Below are positions 19,980 through 29,143 of a DNA stretch of 37,746 bases, piece after piece. Numbering within the stretch: the first letter of the stretch is position 1; every line of letters begins with the position of its first letter. The notes under the pieces were generated by a model. It saw nothing but the letters and a program-made list of their open reading frames with translations, ran no database searches and was not told the origin of the DNA. Where the stretch lies: positions 1-37,746 of the forward strand of contig CAMNGN010000001.1 in the NCBI GenBank assembly GCA_946538475.1, in the 5' to 3' direction. Source of the stretch: an uncultured Blautia sp. (lineage in GTDB: Bacteria > Bacillota > Clostridia > Lachnospirales > Lachnospiraceae). The position numbers were made by a program, and so were the translations under genes.

Positions 19980-20128
19980 CAAAACCGTTCAAACAGGCCG
20001 AAGCACTCGCTGCTGAGGCCGTAAGAATATGATTCAGCAGGCAAAAATCCCATCGCCGGAGGCGATTTGCATGGATTTTTGCCCGTATCTGTCAAGATAC
20101 GACAGATACAGATAAATGGGAGGGACAG

Positions 20129-22615
20129 ATGCCGGATAAGAATGTGACGATTGATTCCTGCCGGGTAGAGCACGAAAACGGCGGAACATTGGTAATATCG
20201 GGTTGGGCAGGTTTTACCGGCGACAGTCCGCGCTTTCAGGTAAGGTGCGGCAACCGTTCCGCAGCCTTTACATACAACGAGGTCCCCAGACCGGATGTCG
20301 AACAGGCACACCCGTCCCTTGCCGGCTGTAAGCCGGGGTTCGAGATCGGGATACCGGGGATGGACAAAGTGATCCGGGACGGAGAATGTGTGAAGGTCAG
20401 GGCTCTCTGCGGATCTTCCGTTTTTCGTATTTACCGGGCAACAGCCGAAGATATAAAGAAGGAGCTTGGAGAAAGCACGCTCAAATATCTGATCGAGAGC
20501 ACCGAGAGACGAAAAGACGATATCTGGATCAGAGGATGGACTGTCTCCCGTGCGGGGCAGGCACAGATCGCTGCGGTCGGGGATAACGAAGAGCAGATAC
20601 CGGATGTGCGTATCGAATATCAGAGAAGGATGGATCTCTCGGAGGTGTTCCACGTAGACCTGTCCTGCTGCACCGGCTTTGAGATGCTTATCCCCCGCGG
20701 CAGTGTTTCCGGAAAGAATCTGATACTGCGTTTTTCAAACGAGTTTTCGGTTCAGGAATATAAGCTGAACCTCTGCAGATTTGACGCCGAGAACACAAGA
20801 GCAGGGCGCGCGGTCCGTCTTCTCACGGGCCCGGGTTCGGAAAAGAACAGAGAGATCATAGAAAAATACGGCCTCCGCAATTTCTGCGGTTATCTGGCCG
20901 AGCGTTCGCTCCCCTGGGGAGAACACTACGACTTTTATCTGAAGAATACATCAGCATCCGCTAAGACACTGAAAGAGCAGAGCCGCACAAACCTTTCTCC
21001 GGCACCGCTGTTCAGTGTGATCGCATCGGTGGAAAAATGGGACGACCGCCTGAACGCGCTTGCGGATTCGCTGGCAGCGCAGAGCTACGGCAACTGGGAG
21101 CTGATCCTGACAGGCCGAAGCAAAAACGACGGTTCGGTCTCGGGCCGGCTGAAGGACAGGCGCGTACGCTTTATGATCTGCCCGGACGGCAGAGGCAGGT
21201 CCGCTGCCCCGGAGGCAGTCCGTGAGGCGGCCGGTGAATATATTGTGTTTGCGGCGGCGGGCAGCAGTTTTGCCCCGGATGCATTGTACAGATACCTGAC
21301 GGTTCTGCACCCGCACCCCGAGACAGCCGTGATCTACGGGGATACGGATCATCATGGGACACATTATGAGGATCCGCTGTTCAAGCCGGAGTACGATCCG
21401 GATTTTCTTCATTCATATAATTACATGGGACTTCCCCTTCTGATCGGAAGGAGCCTTCTGCTTGAAGTGATGCGGGATATGGATTCCGGGGATCATAGCA
21501 CGGCTGCATCCGGGAACGCGGGAAGCGAAAACAACAGTTTTGCCGCACAGATATATGACATACTGCTCAGATGCACGGAACGCACGCAGGAGATCAGGCA
21601 TATTCCTCATGTCCTCTGCCATCTGGAGCAGGAGACGGACGCTGCCCCGTCGGAGGATCTCACCTGTCTGAAAAGACATTTCGAGCGCATGGGGATCTCT
21701 GCGGATGTGACCGGGTCGGAATATCCCGGTGTGGCAGCTGTCAGGTATCCGGTTTCCGGAGATCCAAAGGTCTCTGTCCTGATCCCCAACAAGGATCACG
21801 TGGACGATCTGGACAAATGTCTCAGGTCGGTCCTGGATAAGAGTACGTGGAACAACCTGGAAGTCATTATCATCGAAAACAACAGTACCGAAACGGAGAC
21901 CGAAAAATATTATGCGCAGGCTTCCCGGGATCCCCGGGTAAAGGTCGTGCATTATAAAGGAGATTTCAACTATTCTCTGATCAACAATTTCGGTTCCGCG
22001 GCGGCAACGGGAGAATATCTGATCCTGCTCAATAACGACACCGAAGTGATCGCTCCAAATTGGATCGAATACCTGCTCGGATACTGTGCGCGGGAAGGCA
22101 CCGGCATAGCGGGAGCAAAGCTGTTTTACCCAGACGATACCATTCAGCATGCCGGTATCGTGACGGGGATCGCCGGGATCGCCGGACATCTCGATGTCGG
22201 CAGGGCAAAAGACTATACAGGCCCCCTGATGAGAAATGTCTCTGCCCGCAGGGTAAGCGCGGTCACCGGAGCCTGCATGATGGTGAAAACATCGGTATAC
22301 AGGCAGATCGGCGGGCTCGATCCCGATTTTGCGGTAGCGTTCAACGATGTGGATTTCTGTCTCAGGGCAGCGGCCGAAGGACAGAAGACGGTCTATGTGC
22401 CGCAGGCCCAGCTGTACCATTACGAGTCGAAGTCCAGAGGACTCGAGACAGGTCCCGAGAAAGCGGCACGTTTTGCAAAAGAAACCGCGCTTTTCAGAAG
22501 CAGGCACAAAGGATTCCTCGAAATGGGAGATCCTTATTACAACCCAAACCTGACACTTGACGGAACCGATGGCTCTGAAAAGAATATTTACAGAGGAGAG
22601 GAAACTTGGGAATGA
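20129..22615 (+). CDS. Family 2 glycosyltransferase, two GT2 domains (first degenerate)
   Basis: C-terminal GT2: VSVLIPNKD, FNYSLINN, LLNNDTE, SAVTGAC, FNDVDFCL, HYESKSRG. The first GT2 domain lacks the acidic motif. Confidence 0.9.
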   Translation: MPDKNVTIDSCRVEHENGGTLVISGWAGFTGDSPRFQVRCGNRSAAFTYNEVPRPDVEQAHPSLAGCKPGFEIGIPGMDKVIRDGECVKVRALCGSSVFRIYRATAEDIKKELGESTLKYLIESTERRKDDIWIRGWTVSRAGQAQIAAVGDNEEQIPDVRIEYQRRMDLSEVFHVDLSCCTGFEMLIPRGSVSGKNLILRFSNEFSVQEYKLNLCRFDAENTRAGRAVRLLTGPGSEKNREIIEKYGLRNFCGYLAERSLPWGEHYDFYLKNTSASAKTLKEQSRTNLSPAPLFSVIASVEKWDDRLNALADSLAAQSYGNWELILTGRSKNDGSVSGRLKDRRVRFMICPDGRGRSAAPEAVREAAGEYIVFAAAGSSFAPDALYRYLTVLHPHPETAVIYGDTDHHGTHYEDPLFKPEYDPDFLHSYNYMGLPLLIGRSLLLEVMRDMDSGDHSTAASGNAGSENNSFAAQIYDILLRCTERTQEIRHIPHVLCHLEQETDAAPSEDLTCLKRHFERMGISADVTGSEYPGVAAVRYPVSGDPKVSVLIPNKDHVDDLDKCLRSVLDKSTWNNLEVIIIENNSTETETEKYYAQASRDPRVKVVHYKGDFNYSLINNFGSAAATGEYLILLNNDTEVIAPNWIEYLLGYCAREGTGIAGAKLFYPDDTIQHAGIVTGIAGIAGHLDVGRAKDYTGPLMRNVSARRVSAVTGACMMVKTSVYRQIGGLDPDFAVAFNDVDFCLRAAAEGQKTVYVPQAQLYHYESKSRGLETGPEKAARFAKETALFRSRHKGFLEMGDPYYNPNLTLDGTDGSEKNIYRGEETWE

Positions 22616-25131
22616 CGAATCAACAGTTTTTTGTGGTGCGGGAGCGCTTCCTGCTGGATCGCCCCGATGTATATCAGATTCAGGGACTTTTGCCGGACAA
22701 GTGCAAGGTAACCGCAGAACTTGACGGCGAGGTCCTCGTGACGGAAGTCTTCTTTTATCCGTCCGCAGGCGTGATCTCCGGAGTACAGACAGGACCCGAG
22801 TCGCTTGCAAAATATGCGGGACTCAGGGTATATCTGCCCGAGATCACCGAAAAGCACAAGGCCCTTTCCGTTTACTATACACACGAGGGAGAGAGGACCA
22901 GATGGATGTTCATTTTGGCCTCTGACCTTAGAAAACGTCAGGGAAAACCGCAGTACTATATCGAGCAGGAAACGGCAGGCGGCGAGGAACATAAACTGTA
23001 TGTCCGCGGATGGGCCGCAAGCACAAGCCTTGTCGGGCTGCGGCTCTATGACAAAGATAAACAGAGGATAAAGGCGGTCGTCAGAAGAGGACCCAGAAGC
23101 GATGTGGCAGGGATGTTCACGGAGTACAAGATCGATCTGAACTGCGGATTCGAGATAGAAGCCAAAAACATCACGGGCGACTACATCTATCTGGTGATGC
23201 GTGACAGAGAAGGCCGGACCGCGGTTCATAAGATCGGCATAAGCACGCTGTATAAGCTGGATGAAAAGCTCACAAGGTATTACACAAAGGCCATGAAATA
23301 TGTGGGCACGAAGGGCCCGGCCAACCTGGTAAGGCGCGGCGCGAAGGAAGTGGCGGTAAGAGGTGTACGGCTGATCCAGGCAAAGGCACCGGCGTTCATC
23401 GCGAATCCGCTTTCCCGCAGACTGGCAGAAAGGCATTTTCGCCCGCAGAGCTACGACGAATGGCTGCCGAAGCATCTTCCCGACGAGGAAGAACTCAAAA
23501 AACAGCGCAGCCATGTCTTCGAATATACGCCGAAGATCTCGATCGTTGTTCCGTTATACCGCACCGATCCCGAGTACCTCGGCCAGCTGGTCGATTCGGT
23601 GCGCAGGCAGACCTATTCCAACTGGGAGCTGTGTCTTTCCGACGGAAGCGGGGAGGATTCACCGCTCACCGATCTGCTGAACGAACTTGAGGAGACGGAT
23701 CCCCGCATCAAGGCGATCCACAATCATACGCAGCTCAGGATCGCGCAGAACACCAACGCGGCGATAGAAGCCGCAACAGGCGAGTTCATCGGATTTGCGG
23801 ATCACGACGATGCCCTGACCGACGATGCTCTTTTTGAAGTGGTAAAATATCTGAACAAGCACAGAGAGACCGAGATGGTCTACTCGGATGAGGATAAGAT
23901 GTCGGGCAAAGGCACATCGTTCTTTGAGCCGCATTTCAAACCTGACTATAACCCGGATCTGCTTCACACGGTCAATTACATCTGCCATTTCCTGGTGGTA
24001 AAAAGAGAGCTTCTCGACAAAACAGGGCTGCTTCGCCCCGAGTTTGACGGAGCCCAGGACTATGATCTGGTCCTTCGCTGCGTCGAAAATACGAAGAACA
24101 TCGGGCATATTCCCAGGATCCTCTATCACTGGAGAGCGCATGAGCAGTCCACATCCGAAAATCCGGAGAGCAAGGGCTACGCTTTTGCGGCGGGTCAGAG
24201 AGCCATCCAGGCGCACTTTGACCGGCTCGGCATACCGTGCGTCGTGACCTACGGAGAATTCCCGGGGCTCTACAGAACAAAATATACATGGCCCGAAGAG
24301 CCGCTGGTTTCGATCCTCATTCCCAACAAAGATCACATAGACGATCTGAAAAAGTGCATCGATTCCATCACGGCAAAATCGACCTACACCAATTACGAGA
24401 TCATTGTGATCGAGAATAACAGCACAGAAGAGGAAACTTTTGCATTCTATAAAGAGCTTGAGCAGCAGAACCCGAAGGTGCGGGTCGTCTGCTGGTCCGG
24501 TGAATTCAACTATTCTGCGATCAACAATTATGGCGCCGCGGCAGCGAAAGGTGATTACTTCCTTCTGCTCAACAACGATACAGAAGTGATCAACGACAAC
24601 TGGATCGAAGAGCTGCTGGGCTACTGCATGCGCCCCGATGTGGGGATCGTCGGAGCAAGACTGTACTATGGCGACGATACCATTCAGCACGCCGGCGTGA
24701 TCATCGGCTTCGGCAGTATTGCGGGCCATGCCTTTGTGCAGCAGCCCCGCGGAGCTACGGGTTACTGCCACCGGATCATCTGCGCTCAGGACTACAGCGC
24801 GGTGACGGCAGCCTGCATGATGGTCAGAAGAGATGTCTTTGAAGAGGTCGGAGGACTCTCGACAGACCTGGCTGTAGCCTTCAATGATGTAGATTTTTGC
24901 CTGAAAGTTCGTCATGCCGGTTATTTAGTGGTTTACAATCCTTACTGTGAGTTGTATCATTATGAATCGAAGTCCCGCGGTCTCGAAGACACGCCCGAAA
25001 AGATCGAACGCTTCGGACGCGAGATCGCTACGGTAGAAAAACACTGGCCGGGTATTTTCGGTACCCCGGATCCCTACTATAATCCGAACCTGACTCTGGA
25101 AAGTCAGGATTTCTCACTGAAGAGGATTTGA
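22606..25131 (+). CDS. Family 2 glycosyltransferase with two intact GT2 domains (rhamnan-polymerase-like)
   Basis: ISIVVPLY, FADHDDAL, YSDEDK, GAQDYDL, then VSILIPNKD, LLNNDTE, FNDVDFCL. Start is TTG 22606 or ATG 22612. Confidence 0.92.
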   Translation: MGMTNQQFFVVRERFLLDRPDVYQIQGLLPDKCKVTAELDGEVLVTEVFFYPSAGVISGVQTGPESLAKYAGLRVYLPEITEKHKALSVYYTHEGERTRWMFILASDLRKRQGKPQYYIEQETAGGEEHKLYVRGWAASTSLVGLRLYDKDKQRIKAVVRRGPRSDVAGMFTEYKIDLNCGFEIEAKNITGDYIYLVMRDREGRTAVHKIGISTLYKLDEKLTRYYTKAMKYVGTKGPANLVRRGAKEVAVRGVRLIQAKAPAFIANPLSRRLAERHFRPQSYDEWLPKHLPDEEELKKQRSHVFEYTPKISIVVPLYRTDPEYLGQLVDSVRRQTYSNWELCLSDGSGEDSPLTDLLNELEETDPRIKAIHNHTQLRIAQNTNAAIEAATGEFIGFADHDDALTDDALFEVVKYLNKHRETEMVYSDEDKMSGKGTSFFEPHFKPDYNPDLLHTVNYICHFLVVKRELLDKTGLLRPEFDGAQDYDLVLRCVENTKNIGHIPRILYHWRAHEQSTSENPESKGYAFAAGQRAIQAHFDRLGIPCVVTYGEFPGLYRTKYTWPEEPLVSILIPNKDHIDDLKKCIDSITAKSTYTNYEIIVIENNSTEEETFAFYKELEQQNPKVRVVCWSGEFNYSAINNYGAAAAKGDYFLLLNNDTEVINDNWIEELLGYCMRPDVGIVGARLYYGDDTIQHAGVIIGFGSIAGHAFVQQPRGATGYCHRIICAQDYSAVTAACMMVRRDVFEEVGGLSTDLAVAFNDVDFCLKVRHAGYLVVYNPYCELYHYESKSRGLEDTPEKIERFGREIATVEKHWPGIFGTPDPYYNPNLTLESQDFSLKRI

Positions 25132-25137
25132 TAAAAT

Positions 25138-26625
25138 ATGGTTTTGCGTAAATCCGGAAACACTCAGACCCGGGGCAGACTCGGGTTTGAGTATGCCTGG
25201 GAAACATACTTGTATATTCTGTTTATCCTGGCGGTGTTCGTGCTGACGTTTGCCTGGTCGCTCACCAATCAGCCGCCCGCCGGACCGGACGAAAACATGC
25301 GTTTTATGATCCCCAACTACATCTATAACCACGGCCGTCTGCCCAACGGGTACGATCCCGAGGTGCGGAACGAGCTGTGGGGGATCTCGTACGCGTTCTA
25401 TCCGATGCTGTCATATATGATCTCGGCCCTGTTCATGAAGATCGTCAGTATCTTCTCCACAACAGACATGGCCCTCATCTGTGCGGCAAGGTTCACGGGC
25501 GTGGTGTTTACCACGGCAACGGCAGCCCTGATCCCGCATATGACAAAACGTCTGTTTAAAGACGGGCGCAGATGGATGATGAACGCGCTTGTCATGTTTC
25601 TGCCCGAACTGTTATTTGTAGGAACATACGTCAATAACGACGCTATGGCGATCTTCACAACGACAGTGATCCTCTATGCATGGACAAGATACCTGGATGA
25701 GGGATGGACAAGAAAGAACTGCATCATCCTTGCCGTGGGCATGGGCTTCTGCCTTCTTTCCTATTATAATGCCTACGGATGGGTCCTGATGAGCTTCTTC
25801 CTTTTCCTGGCAAGTCATCTTCTGGATGATACGAATGAAGAGCTGAGAGAAAGAGCGATGAGAATGCTGAAAAGCGGAGTACTCGTCGCCGGGATCGTGC
25901 TGGTGATCGCACTGTGGACTTTTGTGCGAAACGGCATTCTGTATGACGGAGATCTTCTGGGACTTAAAGTGACAAAGATCTCGGGAGAGATGTACGCGAT
26001 CGACGAACTGAAGCCGTCTCTCCACTGGACGCCCGAAAAAGAGGGAATGTCCTACAAGGACCTGCTTCTTTATCAGGCGGGCGGATGGCCGCACAACTGG
26101 ACGATAATGACGATCTACAGCTTTATCTGTGCCTTCGGCCACTACACGATCTTCATGGAAGAGTGGATGTACAAGATTTACGTCGCCTTTGTTTTTGTCG
26201 GCTTTGTATTTACATTCGTTCCTTTCCGCCAAAACTTCAGGTGGAAAAACAGGAAGGTGGAGAAGGCGGTATATCTCCGCGATCAGAGCGCTGATGTGTC
26301 ATCCCGCAAGGTGATCACTACATACCGCGGAATCAACGGGAAAGGGCTGTACAACACGTTTATGTTTATCGGCATGCTTATCCCCCTTGTTCTGCTGTTT
26401 ATCTACGCATACTACAATGACCTGCAGGCGCAGGGGAGATATATGGTTTCCTCGACGATCGCAGTCATGTATTTTGTGACCATGGGCTATGGATGGCTCG
26501 TGGAAAAAGTGATAAAAAGCAGACTGATCCGAAATGCGATCTACGGCGGAATTGCCCTGATCTGGGTTTTTAACACAGTACTGAGCTACTTTAGGCTGAT
26601 CCTGCCGACGGCAGGATGGACATGA
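25138..26625 (+). CDS. GT-C-like integral membrane glycosyltransferase (PMT/ArnT/DUF2142-like)
   Basis: PDE motif after TM1, YPMLSY, YVNND, QGRY, many TM segments. Confidence 0.7.
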   Translation: MVLRKSGNTQTRGRLGFEYAWETYLYILFILAVFVLTFAWSLTNQPPAGPDENMRFMIPNYIYNHGRLPNGYDPEVRNELWGISYAFYPMLSYMISALFMKIVSIFSTTDMALICAARFTGVVFTTATAALIPHMTKRLFKDGRRWMMNALVMFLPELLFVGTYVNNDAMAIFTTTVILYAWTRYLDEGWTRKNCIILAVGMGFCLLSYYNAYGWVLMSFFLFLASHLLDDTNEELRERAMRMLKSGVLVAGIVLVIALWTFVRNGILYDGDLLGLKVTKISGEMYAIDELKPSLHWTPEKEGMSYKDLLLYQAGGWPHNWTIMTIYSFICAFGHYTIFMEEWMYKIYVAFVFVGFVFTFVPFRQNFRWKNRKVEKAVYLRDQSADVSSRKVITTYRGINGKGLYNTFMFIGMLIPLVLLFIYAYYNDLQAQGRYMVSSTIAVMYFVTMGYGWLVEKVIKSRLIRNAIYGGIALIWVFNTVLSYFRLILPTAGWT

Positions 26626-26647
26626 TATAGGAGGAAACTGATCTACG

Positions 26648-27847
26648 ATGAATTCAGCAGCTATTAAAATCGGGACAGGCAAATTTAATCAGGACCGCGC
26701 GCGGGACAATATGATCATGGTACTGGCGGCGCTCCTTTTGTCTGTGCTCACATCGATCCTGTTTTATCTTGAGGCATTGGGATACAACGGCGGCTATCCG
26801 AGCGACCTTCCGGCGCACATCAGCCAGGCCATGTATATCCGGAACTATTCCATAGTCTTTATTCTGATGAAGTGGGTGTTCACATGGACACATTATCTGA
26901 TCTACTCCATGGGACTTCTGCAGGGCCTCACCGTCGGCGTGGCAATGATCTGCACCACACTGACCATAGAAAAGCTGTTCGATCTGGACAAGTATGTCAG
27001 CATGGCGATCTCGTTCTGCCTGCTGTTTCTGACCAACATCTATGTTCCGTACTTATTCCCCAGGTATTATAAAGGATCGATCATTTCTCAGCCATGGCAC
27101 AACATTACCTATAACTCCATGCGCCCGATCGCAGTTCTGACGATGCTCTCTTTTGCGTACCTTCATGAGATCTACAAAAAAGAGAAGAGGATCGCGTGGA
27201 ATTACTGGATCATTACCTGCCTGCTTCTGGTCCTGGCTACCATGGTCAAGCCGAATTTCCTGATGGGCTTTGCTCCGGGACTTCTTGTATTCCTGCTCAT
27301 TGATTTCTTCGGAAAGAGAAATACCTTTAAAAATGAATTCCTTCTGGGCTGTGTGGTACTGCCGGCTATTGCCGTCCTGCCGATACAGGCGAGGCTCCTC
27401 TTTGACTCCGCCAACGGCATCATTTTTGCGCCGTCGATCTTCTTCTTCGACGATGGCCCGGTCATCTTTATCATGAAGTTTGTCACAGCCCTGCCGCTGC
27501 CGATCATGGTCTACATCTACAACAGGCACAGGCTTATCAACGGTGCCGGAGTTGCGGGATGGGGCTATATCTGGTCGGTGCTGGAAGGAATGTTCATCAT
27601 GGAAGACGGACTCCGCCAGACACACGGAAACTTTCTCTGGGGTCTGGAGATCATGGGATACATCCTTTTCATGTACGTATACTCGATGTTCATCCGCGAT
27701 TTTAAAGAGTACCGGAACGGAACTGTGAAGAAGACCGGAGGACGGACAGTTTACTTTATCGTGGGCTTTATCCTCATGGCACTTCACGTGATCACCGGAT
27801 TCCGCTACTTTATCTGGGTGTGCCGGGGGTACCACTTCTATGTCTGA
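26648..27847 (+). CDS. Polytopic membrane protein, putative GT-C-like glycan-modifying enzyme (paralog A)
   Basis: SDLPAH loop after TM1, QPWHNITY, KPNF, HGNFLWG. AGGAGG RBS. Confidence 0.7.
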   Translation: MNSAAIKIGTGKFNQDRARDNMIMVLAALLLSVLTSILFYLEALGYNGGYPSDLPAHISQAMYIRNYSIVFILMKWVFTWTHYLIYSMGLLQGLTVGVAMICTTLTIEKLFDLDKYVSMAISFCLLFLTNIYVPYLFPRYYKGSIISQPWHNITYNSMRPIAVLTMLSFAYLHEIYKKEKRIAWNYWIITCLLLVLATMVKPNFLMGFAPGLLVFLLIDFFGKRNTFKNEFLLGCVVLPAIAVLPIQARLLFDSANGIIFAPSIFFFDDGPVIFIMKFVTALPLPIMVYIYNRHRLINGAGVAGWGYIWSVLEGMFIMEDGLRQTHGNFLWGLEIMGYILFMYVYSMFIRDFKEYRNGTVKKTGGRTVYFIVGFILMALHVITGFRYFIWVCRGYHFYV

Positions 27848-27867
27848 CAAGAAAGCAGGAACATTTA

Positions 27868-29064
27868 ATGAAAACCGAAACCGTAAATATCGAAAAATCA
27901 AGAAAAATTAAAGACAATGTTATCCTGGTGCTCGGAGCACTGGTGCTGGCGGCGTTTTTTTCCTTTTTGTTTTACCGTCAGGCGATCATGCACAACGAGG
28001 AGTACCTAAGTGACCTGCCGACAGAGATCTATGTGGCGCTGAACAGCAATACGGGCAATGCGCTCTACGTCCTGATCAAGAGCCTGCTGGACCTTACTCC
28101 GGGATTCCTGTACACGGTAGGACTTCTGGAGGGACTGATCCAGGGATTTTCCTGGGCATGCACTTCCGTTTTTATCAAAAAGTATACCCGGCTGACAAGG
28201 CCGCAGAGTATGCTGACTGCTCTGGGACTGCTGTTCCTGACCAACATTCCGGTACCCTGGTTCTTCCCGAGGTTTTATGCCGGATCGCTCATCGCCCAGC
28301 CATGGCACAATATCACCTATATAGCCATGAAGCCGTTTGCGGTCCTCACCCTCTATAACTTCTTTGAACTGTACCGGATATACAGCGAAGAGAAGAGGAT
28401 ATCGGCAAAGCACTGGGCTCTGACCACATCGATGATGGCCCTGGCGACCAATATGAACGCGGGCTTCCTCATGGCCTTCGGCATAGTATTCACGGTGATG
28501 CTGATCACCGATCTTGTCAAAAAGAGAAGCAATATCGAGAACGTGCTTATCATGGCCCTCAGCATGGTGCCGGCGCTGGTGTGCCTGTTCAGTCAGCTGG
28601 CGATCCTTTGCATGTCGGCGACAGACGAGCCCTACAGGCTTGTTTTCGGACCGTCGATGTACTTCTTTACAGAAGGCATAAAGGCGTTCGTCATGAAGTA
28701 TGTGACAGGCCTGGCCTTCCCGATCATCGTGTTTGCTTATAACAGAAAGAAACTGCCCAAATACGCGGTACTTGAGGCCGCATGCTTCCTCGTGGGACTT
28801 TTCGAGGCAATGTTCTTCGTGGAGAACGGCGCCCGTGCCGGAAACGGGAGCTTTCTGTGGGGGATGCAGTTCTTTGCATTTATGCTGTACGCCTATGCGG
28901 TGCCGCAGCTGTTCGGAAATGTGAAGGATATTCTGAAGAAACGCACGAAAGAAAAAATAGACATGCCCTACATGGTCATAGGCCTGCTTCTTGTGCTGGC
29001 CCATGTGGCGAGCGGCCTGTATTATTACTACTGGTTGATGCAAGGCAATTACTTCTATATTTAA
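27868..29064 (+). CDS. Polytopic membrane protein, paralog B of the preceding gene
   Basis: Collinear with 26648..27847 (SDLP, LLFLTNI, FPR, QPWHNITY, EKRI, FLWG). ATG 27868 follows AGGA. Confidence 0.7.
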   Translation: MKTETVNIEKSRKIKDNVILVLGALVLAAFFSFLFYRQAIMHNEEYLSDLPTEIYVALNSNTGNALYVLIKSLLDLTPGFLYTVGLLEGLIQGFSWACTSVFIKKYTRLTRPQSMLTALGLLFLTNIPVPWFFPRFYAGSLIAQPWHNITYIAMKPFAVLTLYNFFELYRIYSEEKRISAKHWALTTSMMALATNMNAGFLMAFGIVFTVMLITDLVKKRSNIENVLIMALSMVPALVCLFSQLAILCMSATDEPYRLVFGPSMYFFTEGIKAFVMKYVTGLAFPIIVFAYNRKKLPKYAVLEAACFLVGLFEAMFFVENGARAGNGSFLWGMQFFAFMLYAYAVPQLFGNVKDILKKRTKEKIDMPYMVIGLLLVLAHVASGLYYYYWLMQGNYFYI

Positions 29065-29080
29065 AGATAAAAATTGAGTT

Positions 29081-29118
29081 ATAAAAAGGTGCCCCCCGAT
29101 CGGGGGACACCTTTTTAT
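29081..29118. terminator. Bidirectional intrinsic terminator between convergent genes
   Basis: ATAAAAAGGTGCCCCCCGA / TCGGGGGACACCTTTTTAT inverted repeat with one mismatch, A-tract before and T-tract after. Confidence 0.85.
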
Positions 29119-29143
29119 TTTGAAAAAATTACATTTTGTTCAA

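Noticed and set aside
20036-20083. GGCAAA...TTGCC suggesting a c-di-GMP-I riboswitch
   Set aside because: The GNRA tetraloop, GACGCAAAGC junction and receptor stem are missing; kept only as an unclassified structure.
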